From Podarcis cretensis (lineage: Eukaryota), in NCBI GenBank assembly GCA_951804945.1, contig OX638161.1, forward strand, positions 3,782,001-3,846,000: a DNA stretch of 64,000 nucleotides, given 5' to 3'. Positions 49,265 to 60,607 of this stretch are shown here, piece by piece. Below the pieces are notes generated by a model that did no database searches, was not told the origin of the DNA, and worked only from the letters and a program-made list of their open reading frames with translations. Numbering within the stretch: position 1 is the first letter of the stretch; each line of letters starts with the position of its first letter. Both the position numbers and the translations under genes were made by a program.

Positions 49265-51090
49265 ACCATTTTCTTATGCTGGGAATGTGGGCTTGGGACA
49301 ACACATCTTTGTTTGAGATTCTGTCCTGCCATGTGATGCCCAAAATCTTTCTGGTGCAGTGCATACGAAAGGCACTGAGGCGTTGCTCCTGATGGCTGTA
49401 AGATGCACACAACTTATTTACATAAAGCAGCGCACTCAGCACACAAGCCTAGTAGACCTTCATCTTGGTATTGGTTGTTAGCATCACATTCTCTCATACG
49501 CCTTTGTAGAGGACAGCCATTGCTGCCTTGTCAATACACTTGTCCAGCTCAGCATCAATGGAGAGATTGCTGGTTATGGTGGAACCCAGGCAGACAAAAC
49601 TGTCTACCACCACATGTGTGTGATCACCAATGCTGATGCATGGAATGCTGGTGATGTCCTGACTTAGGATGTTGGTCTTCTTCAGGAGGATGGTAAGGCA
49701 AAACTCCACACAGGCTTGAGCAAAATGGTTGATGAGTTTCTGTAGAGCTTCCTCAGAGTGAGCTGTCAAGGCTGCGTCACCTGCAAACAACATCTCTTGG
49801 AAGAGAACCCGACACACTTTTGTTTTGGCATCAAGACGTACCAGGTTGAACAGACCCCTGTTGCTCCTTCTTCAGCCAAGCTGAAGGCATAGGAGGGCAA
49901 CAGGGAGAAGAATATGCCCAAGAGAGCTGGGGTGAGGACACAGCCATGTTTCACACTGCTCTTTAGAGGGAAGGCATCCGAGGATGAACCGTCATACTGG
50001 ACAGTGCTGTGCATGTTCTCATGGAAGGATTAAATAAATAAATAAATAAATAAATAAGATTTATTATTTATACCCCGCCCATCTGGCTGGGCCTCCCCAG
50101 CCACTCTGGGCGGCTTCCAACAAAATATTAAAATACAGTAGTCCGTCAAACATTAAAAGCTTCCCTAAACAGGGCTGCCTTCAGATGCCTTCAGAAATGA
50201 TAATCTTGTGGAGTTTAGGAGGACATCCTATCTTGTTGAGCAGTGTGAAGAGTCTTTTTTGGCTGATGAGGTCAAAGGCCTTTATCAGGTGCATGAAGAT
50301 GATGTACAAGGGGTGTCTCTGCTCTTGGCATTGCTCCTGCGGCTGGTGCAGTGAGAAAACCATGCTGACTGTTGACCTCTGAGCTCTAAAGCCACATTGT
50401 GACTTGGGATAGACCTTGTTAGCAAGTGACTGTAACATGTTGAGAACTACACAGGCAAAGGCTTTCCCCACAGAACTCAGCAGGGAGATTCGGATTGAAT
50501 GTTCTGTCATTGCTTTAGACAGTAGCCATTGGCACATCATCTGGCAACCCACTGGGCATCACTCTTTGCCCTTCTCAGCTCAGCAAGCATCTTCTTGCAG
50601 GGCACACGCTTGGCACCAGCTTGGCTGCAAGAGTTGTCAGAAGGAGGCATACAAGGCACCATCCAACTGCCTTAGGGATTCCACTCCAATTTGTGTAGGG
50701 TCTACTCCTTGGCCTTTTCTTCTCCCAAAGATGTCCCACAAGGAAGCAGGTAGAGATTAATCCTCAGGGTTTACTCCTGAAGTCTTCCCCAAAACTGAGT
50801 ATAGCCATAAGGCAATGGAGGTTTCAGATCAGAGATTTCCATCTCCCAGATGGGCTACCTTCCCAGGTGGATGGGCCCCACCTGCCCCTCACTTCCCTCT
50901 ACAGCACAAGCAAAAACCTCCTTCTTGACTGTTGGACCCACTATTGGTATCATCCACTCAATCTGCTGGAGGCTGTCTTCGCATGCAGGGAAGTCCCTAA
51001 CTCGCTGAGGGTTCGAGACCCATCAGCTACCCTCATCTGGTTTAGCCAGCCAATCATAGCTGTTTGCCAGGATGTGGCCACTGTCACACA
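49265..51090 (-). mobile_element. Degenerate RTE-clade LINE (RT remnants plus probable 5' region)
   Basis: ISLLSSVGKAFACV...SQCGFRAQRST, MLFAGDAAL, F.CLGSTI, FRMHCTRKILGITWQDRISN. The upper boundary is approximate. Confidence 0.85.
50030..50190 (-). mobile_element. L2 3' tail with (TAAA)n, inserted in the RTE
   Basis: Reverse complement of the L2 terminus GGAAGCCGCCCAGAGTGGCTGGGG. Confidence 0.85.
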
Positions 51091-51997
51091 CTAACAGCTT
51101 CAGTTGTGCAGCAGTGTCTTGGTGGAAGTAGGGCCGGCCACCGTAAGGGCTGGGACACCCAGCAAAATATAGTTTGATTCCTTTATGTGTAGTTTGACTC
51201 CACTGATTTACCAACCTCCAGGGTGAGCTTAAGTACAAAGTGAAGCTCTGCCTGTGCTGTTAACATATCTGACTGCTGCAAGCCTACAAAATTGGTCAAA
51301 TGCAGAATATAATTGTAAACAGACTATCATCAAATTGATTCTAAGACATTTAAATCCTTTTTTGGACCTCAGTTGTTGATGGTTTACAGTTCACAGTTCA
51401 CAGCTGTGAGGTGAAATCAGTTTTGACTTATTCTGTGTTGATTCAAAATTTCAAATATTTAATTTACAGGTTTTAGCCAAAAAGTTTGAACAGTGCAATA
51501 GTTTGAAAAAGTTTGAACAGCAACTTCCAAATCCAAACAAAACTATCATTCTGAGGCAGCACCAACATGCGATAACTCTGGTAATTATGGACAACCTTGG
51601 TCGGGCTGATCAAAACTTATGTTAATCTTTGACTTGAGTTAAGCACCTTGTTATTTTAACCTCTCTTTATTACTGGTTACTAATTCCGAACAGGATGTTT
51701 GCAGGGATATTTTAACCTTAAAATTATTGGTTTAAACCAGTTCACTTATAACCGTGGTTGGTAGGCTTATTTTAATATATTTGTGTCTTTCTTGATTTAA
51801 CTGAAGTCATTTAGAAGAGCAATTTACTTTCTTTACCATAATTCTCCAACATTGCAATTTTATTTTTTACAAATTCTTTCTCTGTCTGATTTATGACTGC
51901 AAGCAAGAAGTGAAATCTCGGAGGGGGAGGCAGAATTTAAATCAAGAGGTGCCCACAGGACATCCACCTAACACTGCCATGCAAGCTGGCTGTGAGA

Positions 51998-52128
51998 TTA
52001 TTATTATTATTATTAATTTATTTATACCCCACCCATCTGGCAGGGTTTCCCCAGCCACTCTGGGCGGCTTCCAATGGAATATTAAAATACAATAACCTAT
52101 TAAACATTAAAAGCTTCCCTAAACAGGG
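51998..52128 (-). mobile_element. L2 3' tail
   Basis: Same terminal motif, with (ATT)n. Confidence 0.8.
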
Positions 52129-53503
52129 AATAACCCCATATTTTCTGTCGGGTGCTTGTCAGAAGAACACATTATATACAAATATGATAAATAATGATAA
52201 GCAGTTGAGCTGGTATGAATAAAATTACCAGGTGTACATAATGTCAGGAACTGCTGGATCTGTGCACATCTGCCTTGCATGGTGAACTACCCCTGGCAGC
52301 TTCTCATGGTACTTCTCAGTGAAGTACCTTCAGGTCGTGGTCTGACTCCCCTCGCCCAGGTTGCCCATTGGATACTGATGGACTGGATGGAGTATATTCT
52401 TGTACCAGTGGATTCTTAAGTGAGCAACATCGTCCTCTTGACCACAGTTTAGTGGTACAACATCTGCTCTGTATGCAGATACTCCCAAGTTCAATCCCTG
52501 GCATCTCCAAGTAGAGCTGGGGATGTCCCCTTGTCTGAAACCCTAGACAACCCTACTGCCAGTCAATGTAGATAGCGCTGAGCTGCATGGACCAATGGCC
52601 AGACGCGGTGTTAGGCAATTCCTTTCCTGCTTTCTGCCTCTAGTGAATCCTTCCCACATTGACTTGTCTGCCAGGAGACGCTGCTTATCTCTCACAGAGT
52701 CACAGAAGACTCCAGAGTGTGTTCTAGTGAGACCCACACCCTGTTTATGCAGGCCACTGGTCAGGCCTATTGGCCCTGACTGATGACCCATGTGCCACTG
52801 AGATAATGGCCCAGAATTCACCCAACACTCCTGCATTGTCAGGAAAGATCAGCAGTGGTGGTCCAGCTGACAAGGGAAGCTTGTCCATCATTACTGATAC
52901 TCTCAGCAACCAGTCCCAGGTTCCTTGAAAAAACACGGACATAATGATTGTGTCAGGCCATTTACCATGAGTTGATATTGACGTTTCCAAGTTAATAAAT
53001 GTGTATGCATCCACTTAGAGACAGTGAACAGCAGACATTTCACAAACCCAGGAAATTGGTAGAGCGTTTTAATCCCCTTTGCACCTTTCCACAGCTTTTG
53101 AAGAACAGCCAGCTACCATTACGCAATAAAGTAATTTGAAGAAGAAAGTAGCAGAGTTCACGTTTAGCTACCAAGGGGGAGAGAGTTCATCGAAGGGCAA
53201 TAGAGGTAAAATGTTGACTCCTAAGGGATTGTTTTTCCGGAAGCAGCTGATGACACACACAGAAGCAACCTAACTGTGATCTTGCGGTGATTGTTTTGTG
53301 GAAGTTTTCAGAGTGTGCTGCTCTGCCAAGAATGGTAAAAGCTGCAGGAGAAGGAAGCTGTTGCAGAGAAAATGGCATGAGCTATAATTTGTTAAGGGTG
53401 CTGAGAATTGCATCTTTATGAGGTGAACACTGTAGTTCCCAACAGTACTCTGTCCACCTGCAGTTCACAGCAACAGGTATGCCTCTCACAGTCAAGGTAG
53501 AAC

Positions 53504-54339
53504 CAGGGGTGTAGGAAGGGGGGGCGAACTGACCCAGGTGCCATCATGGAGGGGGGTGACAAATTATCAAGGAATAATTACTGCCCTAGTAGGGCAGTTC
53601 ATAAAAAACTTTTTAAAAAGAAGCCTGCTCCAAAGGTCTTACCTTACCACACTAGGGATTATATAGCTATATATGAAATTTCATGCATATCAGTTAATAT
53701 TATGACCGTCCTCCACAAAAATAGCTGTTTACTTGGCCATTTTTCTATGTCGTGAAGGCTGAAATTTCAATTCAGTGGAGCAGGGTCAAGATATACACAT
53801 AATATCCGTACTGCATTGTTTACTGTGACAGCACCTGCACTTTGGAACTCTATTGCAACAAAGCACATGCCTTTGCTAGACTCTTTTCGGGCACCTGCTA
53901 ATAGCATTCTTCTTTAGGCAAGCATACCTAGATGCTTAGGAAGTTGAAGTAATTTTAATCTTAATATTTTAGCTTTTGTATGTTTTAAAGTAGGATTGTT
54001 AATTTTTCTTGATTTTACTGCTGTGGTGGGTTTTTTTTTTTGGTTTTTTGTTTAGGTAAACCACTTTGCAGGTTTTTTTAAAAAATAAATTTTATTAAAT
54101 AAATATACAACAAATATAAATAAAATAACAGAAGCCAAAACACAATACATCCTTAGATTTAAGTATCTGTCCACAGTCACCTCCTTGTTATCACAGGCCC
54201 AGAATCCACATTCCTTTGTAAGAAAATATGAAATACCGTAAAACCATTTTTGCAGGCCAAAAAATAATTTAAAAAAATCATTGGGGGGGTGACAAGAAAT
54301 TTTCCGCACCGGGTCCCACCTGACCTTCCTACGCCTCTG
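53504..54339. mobile_element. 836-bp non-autonomous hAT element
   Basis: TIRs CAGGGGTGTAGGAAGG / CCTTCCTACGCCTCTG; perfect TSD GGTAGAAC (53496-53503, 54340-54347). Confidence 0.88.
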
Positions 54340-54814
54340 GGTAGAACATAGGTATTATGCCTAGTAGCCACAGATAGCCTTTTCCTCAATGAACTTATCT
54401 AATCCTCTTCAAAAGCCATCACTGCCTGCTGAAGGCACAAGTTCCCAAGTTTAATTATGCACTTTTAGAAATCTGCCCTGAATTTTCCAGCATGCAGTTT
54501 TGTTGGATGTCCTTGAGTTCTCGTGTTATGAGAGAGGGAGAAAAACTTCTCTCTATCCACTTTCTCCATTCCAGGCATAATTTTACAAGCTTCTATCACA
54601 TCACCTCTTACAAACCTTTTCTCTAAACAAAAAAGTCCCAAACGCTGTAACATTTCTTCTTGGGAGAGTCATTGCTGCTGTGTAGACAACGCTGAGCTGG
54701 ATCAATTTGACGACCCTTTTCTGAAGCTTTCCCAACTCTACAATATTCTTTTTTGAGGAGAGGGAACCGGAACTGTATACAGTATTCCAAATGCAGCTGT
54801 ATCATAGATTTGTA

Positions 54815-55412
54815 TCTACCTGCCCACGGACTGCCTCCGCAGAGTGGTGCATGCTCTAGTTATCTCCCGCTTGGACTACTGCAATGCGCTCTACGTGGGG
54901 CTACCTTTGAAGATGACTCGGAAACTACAACTAATCCAGAATGCAGCAGCTAGACTGGTGACTGGGGGCAGCTGCCGAGACCACATAACACCGGTCTTGA
55001 AAGACCTACATTGGCTCCCAGTACGTTTCCGAGCACAATTCAAAGTGCTGGTGTTGACCTTTAAAGGCCTAAACGGCCTCACCCAGTATACCTAAAGGAG
55101 CATCTCCACCCCCATCGTTCTGCCCGGATGCTGAGGTCCAGCGCCGAGGGCCTTCTGGCGGTCCCCTCATTGCGAGAAGCAAAGCTACAGGGAACCAGGC
55201 AGAGGGCCTTCTCGGTAGTGGCGCCCGCCCTGTGGAACGCCCTCCCAACAGATGTCAAAGTGATAAACAACTACCTGACATTCAGAAGACATCTTAAGGC
55301 AGCCCTGTTCAGGGAAGTTTTTAATGTGTAATATTTTAGTGTATTTTTGGTTTCTATGGAAGCCGCCCAGAGTGGCTGGGGAAACCCAGCCAGATGGGCG
55401 GGGTACAAATAA

Positions 55413-55450
<38 letters not shown>
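54815..55450 (+). mobile_element. L2 LINE 3' fragment with (TTA)n tail, inserted in an old CR1
   Basis: [20 protein letters not shown]...QNAAARL...LHWLPV is typical of the L2 ORF2 C-terminus. Confidence 0.92.
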
Positions 55451-55453
<3 letters not shown>

Positions 55454-55746
55454 AAATTGCTAAGATATTAGTAGTTTTGTTTTCAATTCCTTTCCTAATG
55501 ATCCCATGGAAATTTCCTTTTTCACAGCTGCCACACACTGGGTTGATATCTTCATTGAACTATCCACTATGACCCCAAGTTTGGTCCTGGTCAGCGACTG
55601 CCAGTTCAGAGGCCAGGGGTATGTATGGAAATAAATATTTTTTTGTGCCAACAAGTATGTTTTTACATTCAATTGCTTTTGCCATTTTTATTGCTCATTC
55701 ATTCAGTTTGGAGAGGTCCTTCTTTGTTTTAGCAACTGAGCAATTT

Positions 55747-55808
55747 AAGCTCATACCAATAACAAACTTAGTTGGTCTCTAAAGTGCTACTGGAAGAATT
55801 TTTTTATT
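55747..55808 (+). mobile_element. Fragment of the same Penelope-like family
   Basis: AAGCTCATACCAATAACAAACTTAGTTGGTCTCTAAAGTGCTACTGGAAG matches the arm at 48105-48132. Confidence 0.6.
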
Positions 55809-56294
55809 CAGTAAATTTGGTGATTGTTCACCTCTAACTCTTAATCATTTAGGAACAAGTTAAGAAGCACAGGTCCCAAAACAGATCCTTGGAGAACTCC
55901 ATTTTTGACATTGCTTCATTCAGAAAGCAATCCATTTATTCCTACTCTTGCTTCCTGCCCCTGGACCAGTTACTGATCCACAAGAGGACCTCTCTTCTTA
56001 TTCCATGACTACTAAGCTTACCTAGTAAGCTAATACTAAGTACTGCTAAATGTTTTGTAAGGTACATTACTGAAAGCTTTTTTGAAAATCCAAGTACACT
56101 ATGTCAACTGGATCACCTCTATCTAGGTGTATGCTGGTTGACACTCTCAATGAACTCACTCTCAATGAGACAGGACTCTCTGTAGTCCATGGAGCATTTT
56201 CTCTTTCACTCTGCTTGCTCTGTCTGAAGTCCTCTCCCCTAACCAGCTCTCCAAAATACCCTGCAATGTGCCCACTCATCATATGCAGCGCGTG

Positions 56295-56500
56295 AACCAG
56301 TGTGATGTAGTGGTTAAAATGTTATATTGGGACCTGGGAAATCAGGGTTTAACTCCCCACCAAACCATGAATTTCACTGGATGACCATAGACTGATCACC
56401 ATCTAACCCACCTCACAGACGGTGTTGTGAGGGTAAAATGTTGAATGGGAGAACCAGATACATCACCTTTAAATCCTTGGACAAAAGTTGGAATATAAAT
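56295..56500 (+). mobile_element. Old MIR/CORE-like SINE
   Basis: CCAGTGTGATGTAGTGGTTAAAATG...CACCTCACAG..GTTGTGAGGGTAAAATG. Similar decayed copies lie near 30125-30320 and 30530-30660. Confidence 0.6.
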
Positions 56501-58123
56501 AACAACAACAATTGTAATCATAATTGCCAATTTTCTAAAAGGACTAGAGTGCTAAAAAGGGCTCACTTTCTAAGAAGGCTAGCATCTTATTTATGCTTTC
56601 CCTGCAGTTGCCTGGACAAAACATTGTCATTAGCAGGAGAGCAGCCGGCAGCTGAGGACAGGATCAGCTGGTGCCAGAGAAAGTAATGTGGGAACTGCTG
56701 TGTCAACTATGTTGGATTCATTCTCAGATCAGACCGCACATTTTCAGATAAAGAATATCCACACAAATAAACCAACAGGTATTGAATTATACTAGGAGTG
56801 TGCAGAGCAATACTACTCAGATAGGTTTTTTTATGATTATTGCCAATTAATAATCAGGAATCAAAGAGAATCCAGTAGTTCCTACAGCTGGATACATCCA
56901 TGGCTAAATCCTAACAGAAGCCGTCAGCTGGTGGCTCAGCAGGAAAGGCAAAAGTCTTTCACCTAATATACAGTCACCCACTGTCAAACTTCAGCTGTAC
57001 ACTTTGTACTATTGCTGTGCAAATACACTTCACTCTGATCAATAAAAATATAAATTCAAGGCATAAAACACCAAAGAAGAATGCTGTTGGGGAAGAAACA
57101 ATCAGCCTTCAATATTCTGTGGTAACCTTTAACTCAAGAACAGTATCATCTAGAAGCCGTGAGAAAATATAACAAACAGTACATTATGTTACTTGTGAAA
57201 CTGGGTAGTTTAGCAAAGCTTATTCCCCTCTTTCTTGAAGAGGGCAAAAGTTTACAACTTGTTTTGCAGCTTTAAATGGTCAAATTAGATGTAAAGTGGT
57301 GAGCCATATGCATCTGATTAAGCTGACCACCTCTCGTATGCCACACCTCCCTCATAGACTGGAACTGGTGTAAAGGAGGGGCGGGGGGAGAGAAGTATTC
57401 TGCTTTCTTCACCTTGGTGCTAGACGTCTTGCATTGTCTTCCCTTTTCCTGGGCAGGGAGCATGTCACTCTTCAGTGCCAGGAGAATAGCGAGGTGAACC
57501 CAGAAAACATAGTGTGTGGACCCAGTTTGTGATAGTATGCCATGTTCTCAAACTGGAGAAGTTCAGTTTCCAAAACCTTCTGTTCTAAATTTTGGCACCA
57601 TCACCAATCCTTAATTTTGCCAGATGTCAGAGGGAGATGTGTGATAAAACATGCCAGAAAGCAATAATCACATACAAACTTTACCAACTAATAACTTACC
57701 ATGGTAAGCATATAACCACTAGGTATGGTCTCTGGTTGTCATCAGCTGACTCTCCAAAGCTTTATGGTAGCACAGCCTCAAGGGACATTACACTCTGAGG
57801 CCTGCTTCTGTTGTATGACAACGCTCAAGACTGTGGACATTCCCCAGTATCTACCTAACATTGTACACATGACACACATTTCACTTGGCTCAACGTCCTG
57901 CTGTGATATATTATGCTTGGCACTTACTGGATTTTCTTGTTTCAATAGTTATTGATTTCCCCTGCTAGTGATTATTTACATGGTGGCCCTATGATAATAA
58001 CCAATCTGTCATTAAGTAATGCAAGGCGCCATTTTATAGACTGTCTCTTCTCTCTTAATGATGCTTCAGAGTTAATGCTAACAGTAACATGAATAAAAAA
58101 GAAGCTCACTCAAGAAATTGTGC

Positions 58124-58156
<33 letters not shown>

Positions 58157-58174
58157 AAGAAGAAGAAGAAGAAG

Positions 58175-59113
58175 AAATTTTATTTATATCCTGCCCTCCC
58201 CAGCCAAAGCCGGGCTCAGGGCGGCTAACAATAATCAAGCAATCAAACAGTCAAATAATCACACATTCTAAAAATATTTCATTATAAAAATTAATTAAAA
58301 TCAAATTAATGGCAACCGATTAAGCAAAATTCTGTGCAGGTTGCCAGAGGAGGGAGTCAGGCTGTGCCCTGACCAAAGGCCTGGTGGAACAACTCTGTCT
58401 TGCAGGCCCTGCGGAAAGATGTCAGGTCCCGCACGGCCCTGGTCTCTTGTTACAGAGCGTTCCACCAGATTGGAGCCGCAGCCGAGAAGGCCCTGGCTCT
58501 AGTTGAGGCCAGCCTAACCTCTCTGAGGCCTGGGACCTTGAGGATGTTATTATTTGCAGACCGTAGGTTTCTCTGTGGGGCATACCAGGAGAGGCGGTCC
58601 CGTAGGTACGAGGGTCCTAGGCCGTATAGGGCTTTAAAGGTTAAAACCAGCACCTTAAACCTGATCCTGTACTCCACCGGGAGCCAGTGCAGCTGGTATA
58701 GTACCGGATGAATGTGATCTCGCAGCGAAGACCCCATAAGGAGTCTCACCGCGGCATTCTGCACCCGCTGGAGTTTCTGGGTCAGTCTCAAGGGCAGCCC
58801 CACGTAGAGCGAGTTACAATAATCCAGTCTGGAGGTGACCATCACATGGATCACAGTGGCTAGGTCAGGGCGAGAGAGATAAGGGGCCAACTGCTTAGCT
58901 TGGCGGAGATGAAAAAATGCCGCCTTTGTTATAGCTGTAATCTGCGCCTCCATAGAGAGGGAGGTATCGAAGATTACACCCAAACTCTTAACGGACGGTG
59001 CTGGCACTAATTGCACCCCCGCAAGAGATGGGAGTTGCCCCCCCCCAATCCCATATCGTCCCGCCCCAGCCAGAGGACCTCTGTCTTCGAAGGATTTAAC
59101 TTGGATGAGCTTC
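58175..59113 (-). mobile_element. L2 LINE (second family), 3' part of ORF2 and 3' UTR, next to a (GAA)n tract at 58127-58175
   Basis: VKSLGVIFD.SLSM...SRLDYCNSLYVGLP...LHWLPVEYRIRFK...RAFSAAAP. CpG-rich, so probably young. Confidence 0.92.
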
Positions 59114-59669
59114 AAAATAATTGCATAAGAAATTATTTTTGAGACAATGGACTAGCATAATAGATACCATACTAAAAGTTGCAATATCCAGCTTGTTGCA
59201 AATTGCAATATTTAATCCCCAGTTGGTGCTGGAAATGGCTAGAAAGGTGTCTTGTTTGGATGGAGGCATCTAAAGGCCTACATTCTCTCTTATGAATGTG
59301 AGATCATCTTATCTATGCACCATGCTCTCTGAAATTAGGTAGTAGCTACTGGAAAATCACAATTGTGGAACTTTGTCCTGAGACATGTTCCTCCGGCACT
59401 ATTATTTATTTAAACAGTAGGGAGCCCCTTATCTCATGTGAGGGTGGAGCCAGAGTCAAAAGTGGATGACATTTTCAGGATTCCACAGTGCTCTCCCCAA
59501 CACCCAGGCCCACTATTTAGAGAGCTGCGTGAAGTTAGACTGTGGGCCGTGGATTCCAAACAACTGATGTACACAAAATAATAGATAACACAGTGATTAT
59601 TGTTAAACTGAGGGGTCACCCAGCTTCTGTTTATCTTCCAACTGTCCTGTGGATGAAAGGACACATGAG

Positions 59670-59759
59670 CATAGCTGTCAACGTTTCCCCTTTTTTAAGG
59701 GAAATTCCCTTATTCCGAATAGGATTCCTTGCAAGAAAAGGGAAAAGTTGACAGCTTTG
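59670..59759. mobile_element. 90-bp hAT MITE, second copy
   Basis: Nearly identical to the 11885 copy; perfect TSD CACATGAG. Confidence 0.88.
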
Positions 59760-60252
59760 CACATGAGTTTCATGGCATCCCTGAGATTCATGGCATCCCT
59801 GAGATTAATCCCTGAGATTAATACTTGCTTTATTTACAATTATACATGTGGATATGAATGGAGGCAAATTCTGACAGTTCTGTAAGTGTCAAACTGCTTA
59901 GTCCTGTAAAGCCAACCCTATCCAAGCTGTGCCCCAGTTCCACCCAAGTACAACCAGAAATCTGTCAATCACGATAAACTCAAACTGTAACCTGTCTCCA
60001 AACTGTTTCTCTGTTCCCTCCTACTAGCTCTGAATTGTGTCACCCTCTGAAGGCTGGATCTCATGCAGTCAGGAAAAAATGTATCCAGTTATTTTAAAGA
60101 CCATTAAGGTTCTTTTATTTAAAAAATCCTGGCCTCTATTTCGTAGTGATCAACCTCACAACAATTACACATCTTTCCTCTGACTGGGTGTCTGCAAGCG
60201 TTTTATCTTAACTAAATAGGTTTTATCCAATCACAAGGTGACTGCCAATATG

Positions 60253-60607
60253 TGTCAGGAGTGCTTGCAGGAGCCAGGCCCTGTGACTGGTAGGGCTTCA
60301 CAGGACTGGGGCTTTCCTAAGTTTGTTCTGAAGAGGCAAGGAGCGGCTGCACAGGTGAGGCCGATTGGTAACTCACAGCACCTGGTGGCAAGAGCCGGGG
60401 AGGAATATAAGGTCAGCATTTCCCTTTGACTCTTTGCCACAGCAACACGCTTCCTGCCTTACTGCATTTGGCTTCTTGATTCCTTGCTTCCTGGAACCTC
60501 GGACCCTTGGCTTCTGGACTCCCATCCCTGCTCCCACCCCGCCGTCTTGCCCCCGGTCCTGACGTCCTCCACCACGACTTTGACTGCCCATAAACTGGAC
60601 TGTGACA
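60253..60607 (+). mobile_element. Solo LTR (Gypsy-like)
   Basis: TGTCA...TGACA termini, perfect 5-bp TSD ATATG, internal ATTGG and AATATAAG motifs. Confidence 0.82.

Larger units (their letters stand above)
54350..56150 (-). mobile_element. Old CR1 LINE fragment (split by L2 and a Penelope-like piece)
   Basis: Remnants HLEYCIQF, RGDVIEACKIM...VDREKFFSLSHNTRTQGH and DRGDPVDIVYLDFQK. Confidence 0.8.
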
